In this document: positions 51,416 to 64,000 of the stretch, piece after piece
Layout of the letters: each line of letters opens with the position of its first letter
Numbering within the stretch: position 1 is the stretch's first letter
NCBI GenBank assembly: GCA_951406725.2
Contig: OX597816.1
Coordinates: 126,356,001 to 126,420,000 of the forward strand
Direction of reading: 5' to 3'
Length of the DNA stretch: 64,000 nucleotides
DNA from: Octopus vulgaris
Taxonomy: Eukaryota
Translations under genes and position numbers: made by a program
Notes under the pieces: model-generated
Databases searched by the model: none
What the model was told of the DNA's origin: nothing
Seen by the model: the letters and a program-made list of their open reading frames with translations, nothing else

Positions 51416-52456
51416 TATATATATATAGATATGTGTGTGTATATCAATCCATCCACCAATCCAATCACAACTTCAACCATCCATCTATTCATTCATCCAC
51501 ACACACACACACACATGTATGTATGTATGTATGAAGACAATGCTATCTGTTACAGATATAGTGATTAATATCTTCCTACCAACCCATGCTAGCATGGAGA
51601 ACGGACGTTAAACGATGATGATGATGCTAGAAAATCTATTTATTTTTCAATAATTCCATCTGGATTAAACACTATCAAATGTGTTCTTTGAGATTACTAT
51701 GAGATCAAAGAATTCTGCCAAGTGTTGAGGTCAACAGCATTCTAAGGCTAGATATTCTGTATGTTTTATATTTCAAGTTCTCAAAAAACCTCCTTAGGAA
51801 TTTTTAAGAAATGCTGGATGATTAATATTCTGCAACATGAACCCATAGCATACTGCAGAATTCTGCAAAAATCTTCACATTTTTGTTATAGATGTAATAT
51901 TTTCTATTATAACTAGAGACAATTTAAAAGTTGTAATAAACTTGCTAGCTGTTACCTTAAGTTTAGGCACCACGCAGAAAAATCAAATGAAAGTTTCAAT
52001 TTCTTTAACAAGCTCTCAAACAACTCCCCAAATATTCTTAATAATCTAATGGGAAAAACATTTCTTAATGGCTCTCCAACATGTTGTCCACTACAGGATT
52101 CTTCCATCGCTCAAATTTCTATAACATCAGCCTTAGTTAAAACGATGCCTCCATCAAGGTAGAATGCATCAGCAAAAACAACTTAGAACCATATACATAT
52201 CCAAAGAGTTACTATATAATTTAATGCACAATTTAACTTATACAATGCCAGACCTGTAGCAAAAATCTTTTTCTGATTTATATTTTTTGCAGGAAATATT
52301 TATATTATATTATTGTAATTTAGAGATAGGAGGGAATATTTGTATTTAAATATTCCCTCTAGTTACAAATACTATAAAATGCTTAAGTAAGTAATATTAC
52401 TTTGAGACACAACTTCACATCAGTATACAGTACCTGTTACACTATATGGTGATAAT

Positions 52457-52684
52457 TCTTTTATTCTTTTACTTGTTTCAGTCATTCCACTGATGCCATG
52501 CTGGAGCACTAACTTGATTTTTTTAGTCAACCAAATCGACTCCCGATCTTATCTTTTAAGCCTCGTACTTATTCTATCAGTCTCTTTTGCTGAACTACTG
52601 AGTTGCAGCAACATAAACAACCCAACACTAGTTGTCAAGCAGTGATGGGGGATGCCAAACACAGACACAATCACACACATACAT

Positions 52685-52744
<60 letters not shown>

Positions 52745-52902
52745 ACACAAACACAGCTTCTGTCTACCAAATCTATCTACAAGGCTTTGGTCAGCCTGAG
52801 GCTACAGTAGGAGATATTTGCCCAAGGTGTCATGCAGTGGGACTGAAACCAGAACCATGTGATTGGGAAGCAAGCTTCTTACCATATGGCCATACCTGCA
52901 CC
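52457..52902 (-). mobile_element. tRNA-derived SINE with internal (CA)n
   Basis: Reverse-complement homologue of 56619-57024. Confidence 0.85.
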
Positions 52903-55594
52903 TATATATGTTGACAATAAATCATAAACTGTCACTAATTTTACCCTTTCATTACCAACCTGGCTGAAACTGGTTCTGGCTCTGAGTACAAATGTCCTGT
53001 TTCCATAAGTTTTGAATTAAAATCTTCCACCAAACCTTAGTCACATTTTATGTTCCTAACACTAGCTTAATGATAACCATGTTATTTTACTAAATTCTGC
53101 TACGAACTTTTAATAATGGATCAAAGGAATAGTCACAAATAAACACTGCCATGTCCTCCATATCATGTCTGCACCCCGTTGCACTTTGAGCTACACATAA
53201 AACCTTATTGTTATAGTCATGATTATCTCATTTAATTTATCTTGCATTATTTTATTTTATGCCTTTATTAGCTTTACAGTTTTTAATGGTTATTTCATCC
53301 AATTTATCTTAAGTTATCATATCCTCTTATATTCAACTTAATTTATTTCACTGTACCAAATTCCTGTGCATATCCAGTTATGTTAAAAACCATATAACTC
53401 AACTGTACTCTAAATCCTCATATACAGGAGTGAGAATGCAAGCAACATTCTTGTTCAAATGCTTGTGTAAATAACCAAGGAACTGATGAAAAACTTTACG
53501 TGAGGAGAAATAAAATATGTTTTGTACACATGTGTATGGTAGCATCCAATTGCACACGTATGTTTACATATATACATATATATATTTATATATATATATT
53601 GTTTACATATCTATATATATATGTATATATATATATATATTTATGTATATATTTATACACATACATACACACTTATGCAAATACAGCAGAGTTACCAACA
53701 AGATGACAATCCATGCTCATGTTCATGAATATGAATGTGCAAAGCGAATATATCTCAAAAGCGAGTGCATCCAAGTGAACATGGCTCATATAATTTCCTT
53801 ATCTATCCAACCATTACTCTACTTATCCATCATTCATCAATTATTTATTTACCTATCCATAATTATTCATTAATTCCTTTATTCACCCGCTCATTACCCA
53901 CAATTGCACTTCTAGATAAACATGCACTCTGAGCATGCAAGAATACACATACTCATGTATTGAGAGATGTAGAAACCACGCATATAAACTTAATAAGATG
54001 AAGGTGTGAAAGAATGCATTATGATGTGCTAAGTGCTGGCAAAGTCACTGACCATGTTCAAGTTATTTCTTCCATCTAATCATTCACCTTAATTCAATTT
54101 CAATATTATTTACATCACATTATATTTATATTTCTACATCAAAGTGATTCTGCTTTCCTCATTTTAACAGCAAGTAAAGGCAAGATTTGAGTTGACCAAT
54201 TGGAAGTTAATATTCTATTTATCATAGGGTTTGTTTATTGTATGTCTTTGGCCTAAATAGCTAACTGGTGATTTAAATATGACATAAATGTTGTCACACT
54301 TCAAGGAAGTTAGAGTTTTAGCCAGTTTAGGTTTAGTCTAGCTGAATTAAAGTATTTATACACTATTCCAACATTCTGTACTTTCACTTCTGTTCATTAC
54401 CATTAATACACACACACACACACACTTACACACACACACACTTACACACACACACACTTACACACACACACACAGTCAGTGTAAGATGGTTTCCCCTTGT
54501 CCTCACAAACAGAAATATATCTCAGCTAACTGGTTAGTTCCATGTTAATAGTAAAGCTATGCTCTCCCACCATTAGCTGTTCTCTAACCATAAATATGCA
54601 GTTTATTTCTGTCAACACACAACATTTACACACTTCCATTCATATACATGACCACACTTCCCACCATCTCTTCTCTCATCCTCCCTCAATCTCATCTTTA
54701 CCTACTTTTCATCCTACAAACACATTTGTAAACAAATTGGAGTGGACAATTGCCACTTGAATGTTGAAATGCAGTTGAATGGCTGAAGAGAAAAAATCAA
54801 TCTAAGAAATGTAACTGTTGGGCTGAACCACCCTTGTTTTGGTTCTGTTTCTTTGATCTTGTCTTTTTCATTCAGAAGTTTTGTTCCCATGTTTAACAAT
54901 ACCACACAAACTCATAAACTGGATGTGGTAGCTTCATACTTTTGGTAAAAAAGAGTTCACTCTACACTTTCATATTCAGCCATGTTGGACGATTGATAAA
55001 TTACCTTTTCACATTCTGTATAGTAAAGTCATTACTGCTTGGAACTAATTGAATAACAACCTGATAACAAGAGTTAATTGTAACATGTCCAAACTAAACC
55101 CTCTCAAAAGCTCACTAGTACATGCAGTAGCATGAGAAATGGAGTGTGATGACACTTCAAATGCAGAGAAGAGAGATTCTTGATAATTTTCTAGGGAATG
55201 ACAAGGTGTGTTATTATGATGCTCAAGTTGATGAGATCACAAGCAAAATTTTGAAACATGTTTTGAGCAAAGATTTTTGTGCCCCTCATTGACAATGTTA
55301 GATGATGCTAAAATATGTACAAAAGAATGTGGGAACAATATATTCTGATGGCTTCTTACTACAGTAAGAATACTACCTGATATATCTATAAAATAAATGA
55401 TGTAGTAGAACTAGCAATATAACCATATGTTGAAAATATGCATTGTTGCAAAGGTGTTTCCACTAACACCATCTCCAGCTCTTTTTGTTATTCACAATAC
55501 TGGAAAGGGCTCAATATAAATGTGTTGCATACAAATATTATTTATTATTATTTATTAAAATAAACTTTTGTTTTCTTTTTGATGTGATTAAAAT

Positions 55595-55835
55595 CTTTGA
55601 TAAAAATTATAAGATCATCACTGTTGTCAGAATCATCATCATCATCGTTTAGCGTCTGCTTTCCATGCTAGCATGGGTTGGACGGTTCAACTGGGGTCTG
55701 GGAAGCCAGAAGGCTGCATCAGACCGGGCCTGGTGCAGCCTGTTGAACTGTCCAACCCATGCTAGCATGGAAAGCGGACGCTAGACGATGATGATGATGA
55801 TGATGATTCTGACAACAGTGATGATCTTATCAAAG
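55595..55835. repeat. Palindrome built from two RTE 3' ends plus inverted flanking sequence
   Basis: Arms 55609-55691 and 55742-55830; nested hairpin at 55711-55741. Confidence 0.9.
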
Positions 55836-56618
55836 TTCATAAAGAATTTAGACAGGAAGCAGATGCTGCCTACAGGCAATAAGACATATAAGTTCAAAGA
55901 TGCAATGTCATATTGTTTTTGCCCTTTTTTCCCCCTCATTTTAAAACCTGCAGCTATTTGTCTATCCACATTGAACAAAGCGCACTGTAAACATTCATAA
56001 GACTACTGTAAAAAGTCATAGATTTTGTTTTGATTTTTGTGTCTATTCAAATCCTGAAAGGAATACCGAAGAAAAAAAATACATTTTAGCATAAATGGCC
56101 AAAGAATTTAGATTTATTGCTAGAAGTAACAAATATAATTTTCATGACTTTTGTGCTGTATGTTGCTATTATATGAAATTGGCAATACTGATCAAAGTTC
56201 CTTTCAGCAACAAGCAAAAAAAAGTTAACACTTGTACTATTCATATATTATCATTGTCAAGATTTTCTCCCTAGCTCGAAGAATTCAGGATAACAGAATT
56301 TTGGTCACCGAACTGTATAAAGTGTATCATATAAAGTGTACAAAGTGTAGTCATACAGAACTGTTGATTTTGGGGAAAAAGTTGACAAAGAAATATGGTA
56401 TCTTATTGTTAGTGAAAATGCAGCATGTTAGAAAACTAAGGCTAAAGATGAATGTGAAAATATTCTTGCATTCCATTCTGGGCTAAAGCAAGTGGAATAT
56501 ATTAAAGAACAAGGGTCTTTTTTTCTATTGCCAAACTGGTGCTTTAAATAAAGGTGCAGCAAAATATTTCCAATAGTTCTGCAATACTTTCATGTTTGAG
56601 AAAGAAATGCAGTATATA

Positions 56619-57024
56619 GGCGTAGAAGTGGCTGTGTGGTAAGTAGCTTGCTTAAAAACCACATGGTTCCAGGTTCAGTCTCACTGTGTGGCACCTTGGG
56701 CAAGTGTCTTCTACTATAGCCTCGGGCCAACCAAAGCCTTGTGAGTGGATTTGGTAGACAGAAACTAAAAGAAGCCCGTCGTATATATGTATATATATAT
56801 GTATGTGTGTGTATATGTTTGTGTGTCTGTGTTTGTCCCCCCCCCCCCACATAGCTTGACAACCGATGGTGGTGTGTTTACATCCTTGTAACTTAGCGGT
56901 TCAGCAAAAGAGGTCGATAGAATAAGTACTAGGCTTACAAAGAATAAGTTCTGGGGTCGATTTGCTCAATTAAAGGTGATGCTCCAGCATGGCGACAATC
57001 ACATGACTGAAACATGTAAAAGAG
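56619..57024 (+). mobile_element. tRNA-derived SINE (resembles octopus SINE families)
   Basis: A-box-like GTGGCTGTGTGGT and B-box-like GGTTCAGTCTC, central (TA/TG)n, several homologous copies in the window. Confidence 0.85.
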
Positions 57025-57357
57025 TTTCTCAGCTTTTACAGCAATAATAATGATTCATCACAAAAAATAACAAATCAGCTCTTAAATAAATTCCAGATGT
57101 CAGGTTTGAACCTCAATCAAGTGCCTGCATTGTCTGCTGACAATGCAAAAGTATTACTGTGTTAACTATGTTTTGTTTCATTGCTATAAAGTGTCATAGA
57201 ACATATCTACTGATTTATTAGTCAACATTATGTGTTACTATTAGTGTAAAGAATGCACCAATTATGCGTTAAATATCCAAATTGGCCGTTTTAGTTTTCT
57301 TTAACTCCAAATATTAGTAATACATATGCAGTGTGTTTATGGTTTGCAAAAGGTTGA

Positions 57358-57567
57358 ATGCAGTTTCGGTGTAACTTCGGTATAGGTACCAGAAATACTG
57401 GATACATTTCAAGAAAGTGTTTTTTTATATATATATGGGGGATTAGGATTAGGGTTAGGGTTAGGGTAAGGGTTTGGGGTGGAAGAAAAGGGTTTCTGTT
57501 ATATTCAGAAATGTAAACAAAACCACTTCCGGTACTTACAGTACCTATACCAAAGGATCGCCTGCAT
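57358..57567. mobile_element. Small inverted-repeat element with internal (TTAGGG)n
   Basis: ATGCAG/CTGCAT ends; subterminal CTTCGGTATAGGTAC / GTACCTATACCAAAG; telomere-like units at 57443-57479. Confidence 0.6.
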
Positions 57568-57720
57568 TTTCTGACAAGGATTTGTACAGGAACTAAAATA
57601 TCTGTACAGATGTTCCTTAATTTTCTTTCCTTCAACATACTGTAGCCATACTGATTACAATCGATGTAACATCGGTGTTGACTAATAAATCTATGTATAT
57701 GCTCTATAGTACAATATATA

Positions 57721-57985
57721 TATTTATTTAAATGACACAATACATGTATTTAAGTGGTACTAATAGTTTCATATGTTGAGAAATACTCAAACATATTCTT
57801 CAGGTGCAAACCACATATCATAAAGATATGATATGTGGTTTGTACCTGAAGAATATTTTTGAGTATTTCTCAACATATGAAACTATTAGTAGCACTTAAA
57901 TACATGTATTGTACTCTTTAAATAAATAACATTTATCTTTCACCATATGGAGTACTTGTTTTGTTGAATTTTCTATCACAGAACA

Positions 57986-57989
<4 letters not shown>
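57721..57989. mobile_element. Inverted pair of PLE-like termini (arms ~100 bp, 6-nt spacer) plus one-sided tail
   Basis: 57721-57821 pairs with 57828-57928; hammerhead motif in each arm; TA-rich flanks. Confidence 0.75.
57842..57895 (+). ncRNA. Type I hammerhead motif (mirror copy 57754-57807 on minus strand)
   Basis: GTAC-CTGAAGA-ATAT.TTGAG...CTCAA.ATAT-GAAA-CTATTA-GTA-GCAC; canonical core, good stem II, one mismatch in stem I. Confidence 0.7.
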
Positions 57990-58041
<52 letters not shown>

Positions 58042-60131
58042 TAGATAAGTAGATAGATATATAGGCATACATACACGCATACATACATATATATGTCTGC
58101 ATGTATGACTGAGGAGTTCATGTCATTACTTTGATTTTATAACTTTTTTGAACTTCAGTTCTACATTTGTTAAGTTATGGAGTGAAATCTTTTAGTTGTC
58201 TTTGAACTTCCCAAGGGATAAAATTTCAGGATCATTAGTAAAGGTTAATTTCAAAAAAGATTTAAAACAGCATGTCTAATACTGTTTTAAAGTAATGACA
58301 TTAATCTGTGAGTTAGATACTTCATTTAGGATATTTTGATTGTTTACAGAGTCAAATTCCTTGAAAAAGTCTCTAAGTGTTATCATAAAATTGTGTTGTC
58401 TTGAAAAGCAGACATCACTGAATATTCTTGATGATAGTTTTTATTCAGTTAAATTTGGCCTAAAGCCAATCTGAAAACCTAAAATTAATTCCTCAATTCT
58501 TGCTATTAATATTGTGAAAAACACTGAATTGAAGATTTTTGCACTGATTGATTCAGAGAATATTTGTTGTGAATGGGGTAGATCACTAATTGATTCTAAG
58601 TTGTTGGTAGCTGTAGGAAAATTTGATTATTTTTCAAAGTAAAATGAATTCGTTATTATATTATTCTCAGTGGGATATTTTGTCACAACTGGGGTTTATT
58701 TTGTTATTCTATTAGTGATTTTAAAAATACTTTCCAAATCAGCTGTATTCTTCTAGCTTCATTATGTTGTGTCATTTCAGTGATCAAGCTAATTCTTCCA
58801 CAATTTCCTGTCTTTGTCAATTATTGGTAGTTTGTTGCCCATGTTCTAACTCTGTACATAAAGCTGTACAGAACATCGTTTTGACTTGTTTTAAATGTCA
58901 TCTTGCGTGAATTTGTTCCTGATAACTATCTCATGAATACATATTTTGTTACGGTCATCATTTTAAAGTACATTATTGACTGTTTTGTAAATTCCAGGAA
59001 AACTTTATATCTCGTATGAAAGTGGTATTTTATTACATTGCTGCATAGTGCAAACCAAAATATTTTCTTTTCTCTTGTTTTCCTGATGGACTCCATAGTT
59101 TTAAAGAGAAAGTAGAAGTAATTTTTTTATGATCAGGCCAGATGCTCTTCAGTCTCAGTGTCTTAACTTTAGTTCCAACCACAGCCTCAGAGGTCTAGGG
59201 TAATTTGTATGGTGAAGGTCATGTTGGTTTTGGTCTATGTACCCTTCAGATGTTTCTCCTTGAAAATGTTGCCATCTCAGAACATTTTCCTGGTAACAAA
59301 TGTTTTTGGTTTGTACCATTCAAACACATGAAACACAGCTCACCAGGTTTAAGACATGAAGGCTTACAAATATGTAATTACAATGTTAGAAAATAGAACT
59401 TCTCAGAATGGCATATAAAGCACATCACATCATTCCATTGTTGTATGAGGTGCTCATTCACAAGATTTCAAGTTATGGTGGGGATGGAATTTTAAACTTC
59501 AGTGTCTTTTCATTTCCAGACATTGGATAAGATAACTTATGCCCAAAATTAATCTAAGTGATGTGAACACACCAAATCTATGTGAATCTATTTCTTTGAA
59601 AACTAAGCATATATATATGTTTATTACAGTTCATTCTAATGATCATTTATAAGGAATTTTTATTCTTTCTATTTTAAAGAATTTTCCATTATTATAACAT
59701 CACTTACTAATTTAGTTTTCATTTTGTGTTTTTAGTAAGTATTTACAAAGTTATTTTTTCTTACAAATGTGAAAAGTTATAAATTTCTTTCGTGATTTTC
59801 ACATGTAAATGTTTCATTTCAATCTACATGTGTAAGTCTTTAGCTGACATCAGACATCATTACAAAAACTAATTGAAAATGTAAGTCGAAGTTTCAAATA
59901 CATACAGAGACTGAAAAAATGGCTGCTGTTTCCAACTTTTTATCAATTTATTTTACTAAATACCCTCAATTACCATGTCTCAGTATAAGAATCAAGTATT
60001 TTGAGAAAGTGTCTTAGAAAAGGAAATTTTCTGTGTAATGCTAAATGAATGTATTATATGAAGACTCATTGTTTTATGTAATTAGTTTACAATATCCAGG
60101 AAAATGTAATATGCAGATCATTGTAGCTATG

Positions 60132-60871
60132 TTATATGATAGTGAAACATAGGCTGTGACCACAGAGGACTTGCAAAAGCTTGAAAGAAATGAAGCCAGC
60201 ATGCTCCACAGGGTGGGTAATGTCAGTGTGCATGTATGACAGAGTGTAAATGATTTTTTTGGTGGGTATATGAGGCGTCAGATGTAGTGTGCAAGAGAAA
60301 AGACTGTGCTGGTATGGTCTTGTGATGCATATTGATGAGAACAGCTGCATAAAGAAATGCTGATTTCTAGTTGTAGCAGAAATGTGTGGAAGAGGTTGAC
60401 CCAGGAAGACGTGGGATGAAGAGGTGAGAAACGATCTTCTGAGATTGAGCCCCACAGAGATGACAAGGAACTGAAAATTTTGGTTATTTGCTGTGCTTGA
60501 GAAGACCGTATCAAGCTAAGTAAAATCATGGGCACACCACGTATAAAGTATCCATGCTGGTACTGCATAAAAAGCGCCTGTATTGGTGCCATGTAAAATG
60601 CACTCTTGTCATGTGAAAAGCATCTGGCACCATGAAAAGAGTACTTGTGCCAGTACCATGTAAAAAGAACCTGTGCTGGTGCCACATGAAAAGCACCCAG
60701 TACACTCTGTAAAGTGGTTGGCATTAGGAAGGGCATCCAGCCATAAAAACCATGCCAAAACAGATGACTGGAGCCTGGTGCAGCTCTCTGGTATGCCAGC
60801 TCCTGTCAAAACATCCAACCCATGCCAGAATGGAAAATGGACATTAATTGATAATGATTATGATGATGATG
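60132..60871 (+). mobile_element. Older RTE LINE 3' copy, same family as 27691-28969
   Basis: Colinear decayed RT C-terminus, GTGGTTGGCATTAGGAAGGGCATCCAGCC block and (GAT)n tail. Confidence 0.85.
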
Positions 60872-63800
60872 TTTACTTTGTTTCCAAATAACATGTATTG
60901 ATCTATTCTTATAATGTAAGAAGCTATCTATGAAGAATAACTTTTGTCAACATGAATTGTATTTTACAGAAACAAAATAAAACAGAAAATCAAATATCAC
61001 TGATAAATTAATGTATTGTAAATTAAACAGATTTCTTTCAGTTCATAGAAATGACAATCCATAGTTAATATGTCTAATTATATTTGATAAAAATAATTTT
61101 CTGGAAACTGACAGAAAACTGCCACAGGATATTAATACACTAAATGAAATTACCAAAAGTTTATGTCTACAAATAACAAAAGAGAAAATAAACTTTGTGA
61201 TTCAATGATTAAAAATATTACAAAGTATTTTCAAAAGCACTTTAAAAAAGTTTTCTAGAGATAAAAATATTTTAGAAACTTAGAAATAAGCCATCAGAAT
61301 AACTTGAAAATAAACATGAGTAAGTGTTTTATAATTTCTTAAACTAACAACTAGCTTGAAGTAATGTGAAAGGCTAAATTGAAAAATAAGAAACAAGTAA
61401 TAAAGAAATGAGATGAAGGAAAAATCATATGGAACAAAATTTTCATCTGTTCATATATTATGTTTTTGTATACTCATTTTAGAAATGAGAAAGATATAAA
61501 AAAGAAATGCTATCAAAGTTCTTTTATGTCACTTATTCACTTTGTATAATTCTTTAGAGGCTAGTTTTTAATTTCCCAACTTGTTTAGAATATAAAAGGA
61601 ATATAAATAATTCGTAGATATATATATTCCAAGTAATTTTTCTGTTTACTTTGTTAAACAATGTACATTTATGAAAAATGTAATGGGTAAATTAGATTAA
61701 TCTTTAGAATTTTTCCATTCAAGTAGTATTAAATCAGGGTAGATATACTTTTGTTGTATGATAAATTTGCTAATCAATATTTTGTGTCTATTGAAATTTC
61801 AGATATTATTTCTCTATAATGGCTCATAGTGAAAAACATTGTGATTTCTGTCTTTAATATAGTGAGTTCATTATTCATATTGTGACTCTAAATGAATATT
61901 CATAAAAGGTATGAACAATACTTTTAACATGTTAAAGTTCAATATCATATTGACAAAGAATTATTCATTGTATCCCATTCTTAGTCTCACTTTCATGTTT
62001 CTATAAAACCCTGCATTGAATATTTTCATATGTTAACCTTCGTTAACCATTTGTGTAGTAGAGTTAAGCTGAGAGATGTTTTGTCTCTATCGATTTTAAT
62101 CCTATACACATCAATTTTGTTTAATTAGATGAAGTGTGTAATCATAACTTTGTACATAAAATTATACAAGTTTGAAATTAACATCTTCTACTTATATATA
62201 AAATACAATTTTCTTTTATAGTTCAGAATCATGACAACACTAAATAAATGTAGAAATCGTTAGTTAAGTCAAAAGTTTTACTTGTAGTATAATCATATCT
62301 TTTAGAATAAAAAATAAACCATCCAACAGTTGTAATATATAATTGAAATAATTACAGTCACTTACATATATGTTATGAAGTATATATTCAAATTTTAAAA
62401 AATGGTTCTTACTTGCACTTGAATTAGTTTTATGCTTGGCTGCTTAGTTAATGAGTACTATCAGATAAAGAATTCCATCAGGATAGAAAGCATTGAGAAA
62501 GTTTCAAAACTAATTTTACATAAACATTTATAAACATCAGTCAGTACATTTCAAAATTTATGTAAATGATGTTCTAGCATCAATGAAATATTTTTTAATT
62601 TTCTTTTATTAATTTACAGCCATATTTTTTTTTTTACAGTATTGCATGACTAGTATAATTTGTTGTTGGAGCAATTGTCTGCAGTATGGGGTTATCCTTT
62701 ATTTGCAAAACATTCACGGGAAATGATAATGGGAGTTATTTTTGTGTAAAATACAAACTGAGTTACGTATTTGGATCAGATGCACATCACAGCTGTATTG
62801 ATATATTCTGAAAACTAATTTTAGAAAAATATGTAAGCAAAGTGCAAAAGAAAAAATGGCTTAATAGGTTATATATTAATTGAAGTGTTCAGGTCATATC
62901 TACTTAGAACATATATTCTGTGCCTCCTGTTGAGTGAAAAATTGATGTATGTTGTCATAGGTTAATCATGGAAAGAGGTGGATACTGATGAAATATTTTC
63001 TTTTTCGTTTTTTTTTTTTGTTGGTAAGAGAATGAAAAATGGTGAGCATATCTTTGTAATTTTAAGACTAAATAAAATAATGATTGATCCTCATTACTAA
63101 AGTATCTATTTCTACAAATAAAAAGTAAAATAATAATGCACTTGTTAGAGTGATGTTGATGTATGGCAGTGAAGCATTTGTAATGCAAGCATAGCATCTA
63201 CAATGTGTAAAACACAAGCTTAATATAATATAGGGAAGAGCTGAAGAAAGTTTCACATTAAACTACAATTGTGAATGTAAGAAGAAATCCTCCATTCATA
63301 GTTATCTAAAAAAAAATTGCTATCAGCTCAGATCAAGTGAAAACAATTTTGTTTCTACAAATTGTTACTTTTAAATATGACTACTGAAGCAAAGTGTTAG
63401 ACATACACAAATGAAAGAATGTATTTTTGCTTTCTTGATGGTTTAGTCATATAGGCTGTTTCAGGAGATAAAGTGAATTGGTTTCAGTGAAGCATCTTTT
63501 CCATATGTTGAAATTTCCATTCTTTGAAAAGTATTTACTTAGCCATTGTGCAATAATTTAGTATTTGTTATCATTTTGTCTACTGTAGACTCTTTGGCAA
63601 CTTTATGCTGTGCTGACAGGAAATGCACATTAATGAGTTTCTATTAGTCTTTGTCATATCTGAAGTCTTTCTACCTGATTTTCTTTCCAAGCTTGATAAC
63701 AATTAAGCAGCTTGAATAGATTCTAGAAATTTCTTTTCATATTATTGTCACTCTATCATTTAATCTATCACAGGTTCAGATCTTTTATTACCTAAAGTTT

Positions 63801-64000
63801 AATTTTAAAACAAATGGCCATAGAAATATTATATTTCACTTCATACATTATATCATTTCAATAATCTTCATGGGAATTTTCTTTATTCTTTAATATCACT
63901 CCTATTGTAATGAACGAGGATATATTTCCAAACCAAACACTATATATGAACAATTATTAGTTTAATTTGAATAGAATATGATACATAAGATATCAATATA

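Noticed and set aside
58100-64000. Candidate host exons (splice-acceptor-like runs, e.g. ~62630)
   Set aside because: No recognisable coding frame or matched donor; small exons cannot be excluded without RNA-seq.

Overview
AT-rich, microsatellite-dense eukaryotic DNA with no host exon I can support. The repeat content (tRNA-derived SINEs with internal TA/CA tracts, RTE LINEs with (GAT)n tails, many mariners, Penelope-like elements in (TA)n) suggests an octopod/cephalopod intron or intergenic region; this is inference. The main feature is a young Penelope-like retroelement (PLE) at ~2690-6393: an uninterrupted 717-aa RT + GIY-YIG ORF with an inverted copy of its 3' end placed upstream. An overlapping upstream frame, absent from the ORF track, meets the RT frame at a correctly phased -1 slippery heptamer (T TTT TTA, 3312-3318). 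Hammerhead-ribozyme motifs occur at seven PLE-type termini, including a U3-A8 core variant (UUGAAAA) shared by two divergent families. The layout '(TA)n - inverted 3' end - direct 3' end + tail - (TA)n' recurs four times, from 0.19 to 3.7 kb. The rest is decayed Tc1/mariner, hAT, RTE, CR1-like and RLE-type (R4/NeSL-like) elements, SINEs and MITEs. All calls are by eye; no searches were run.
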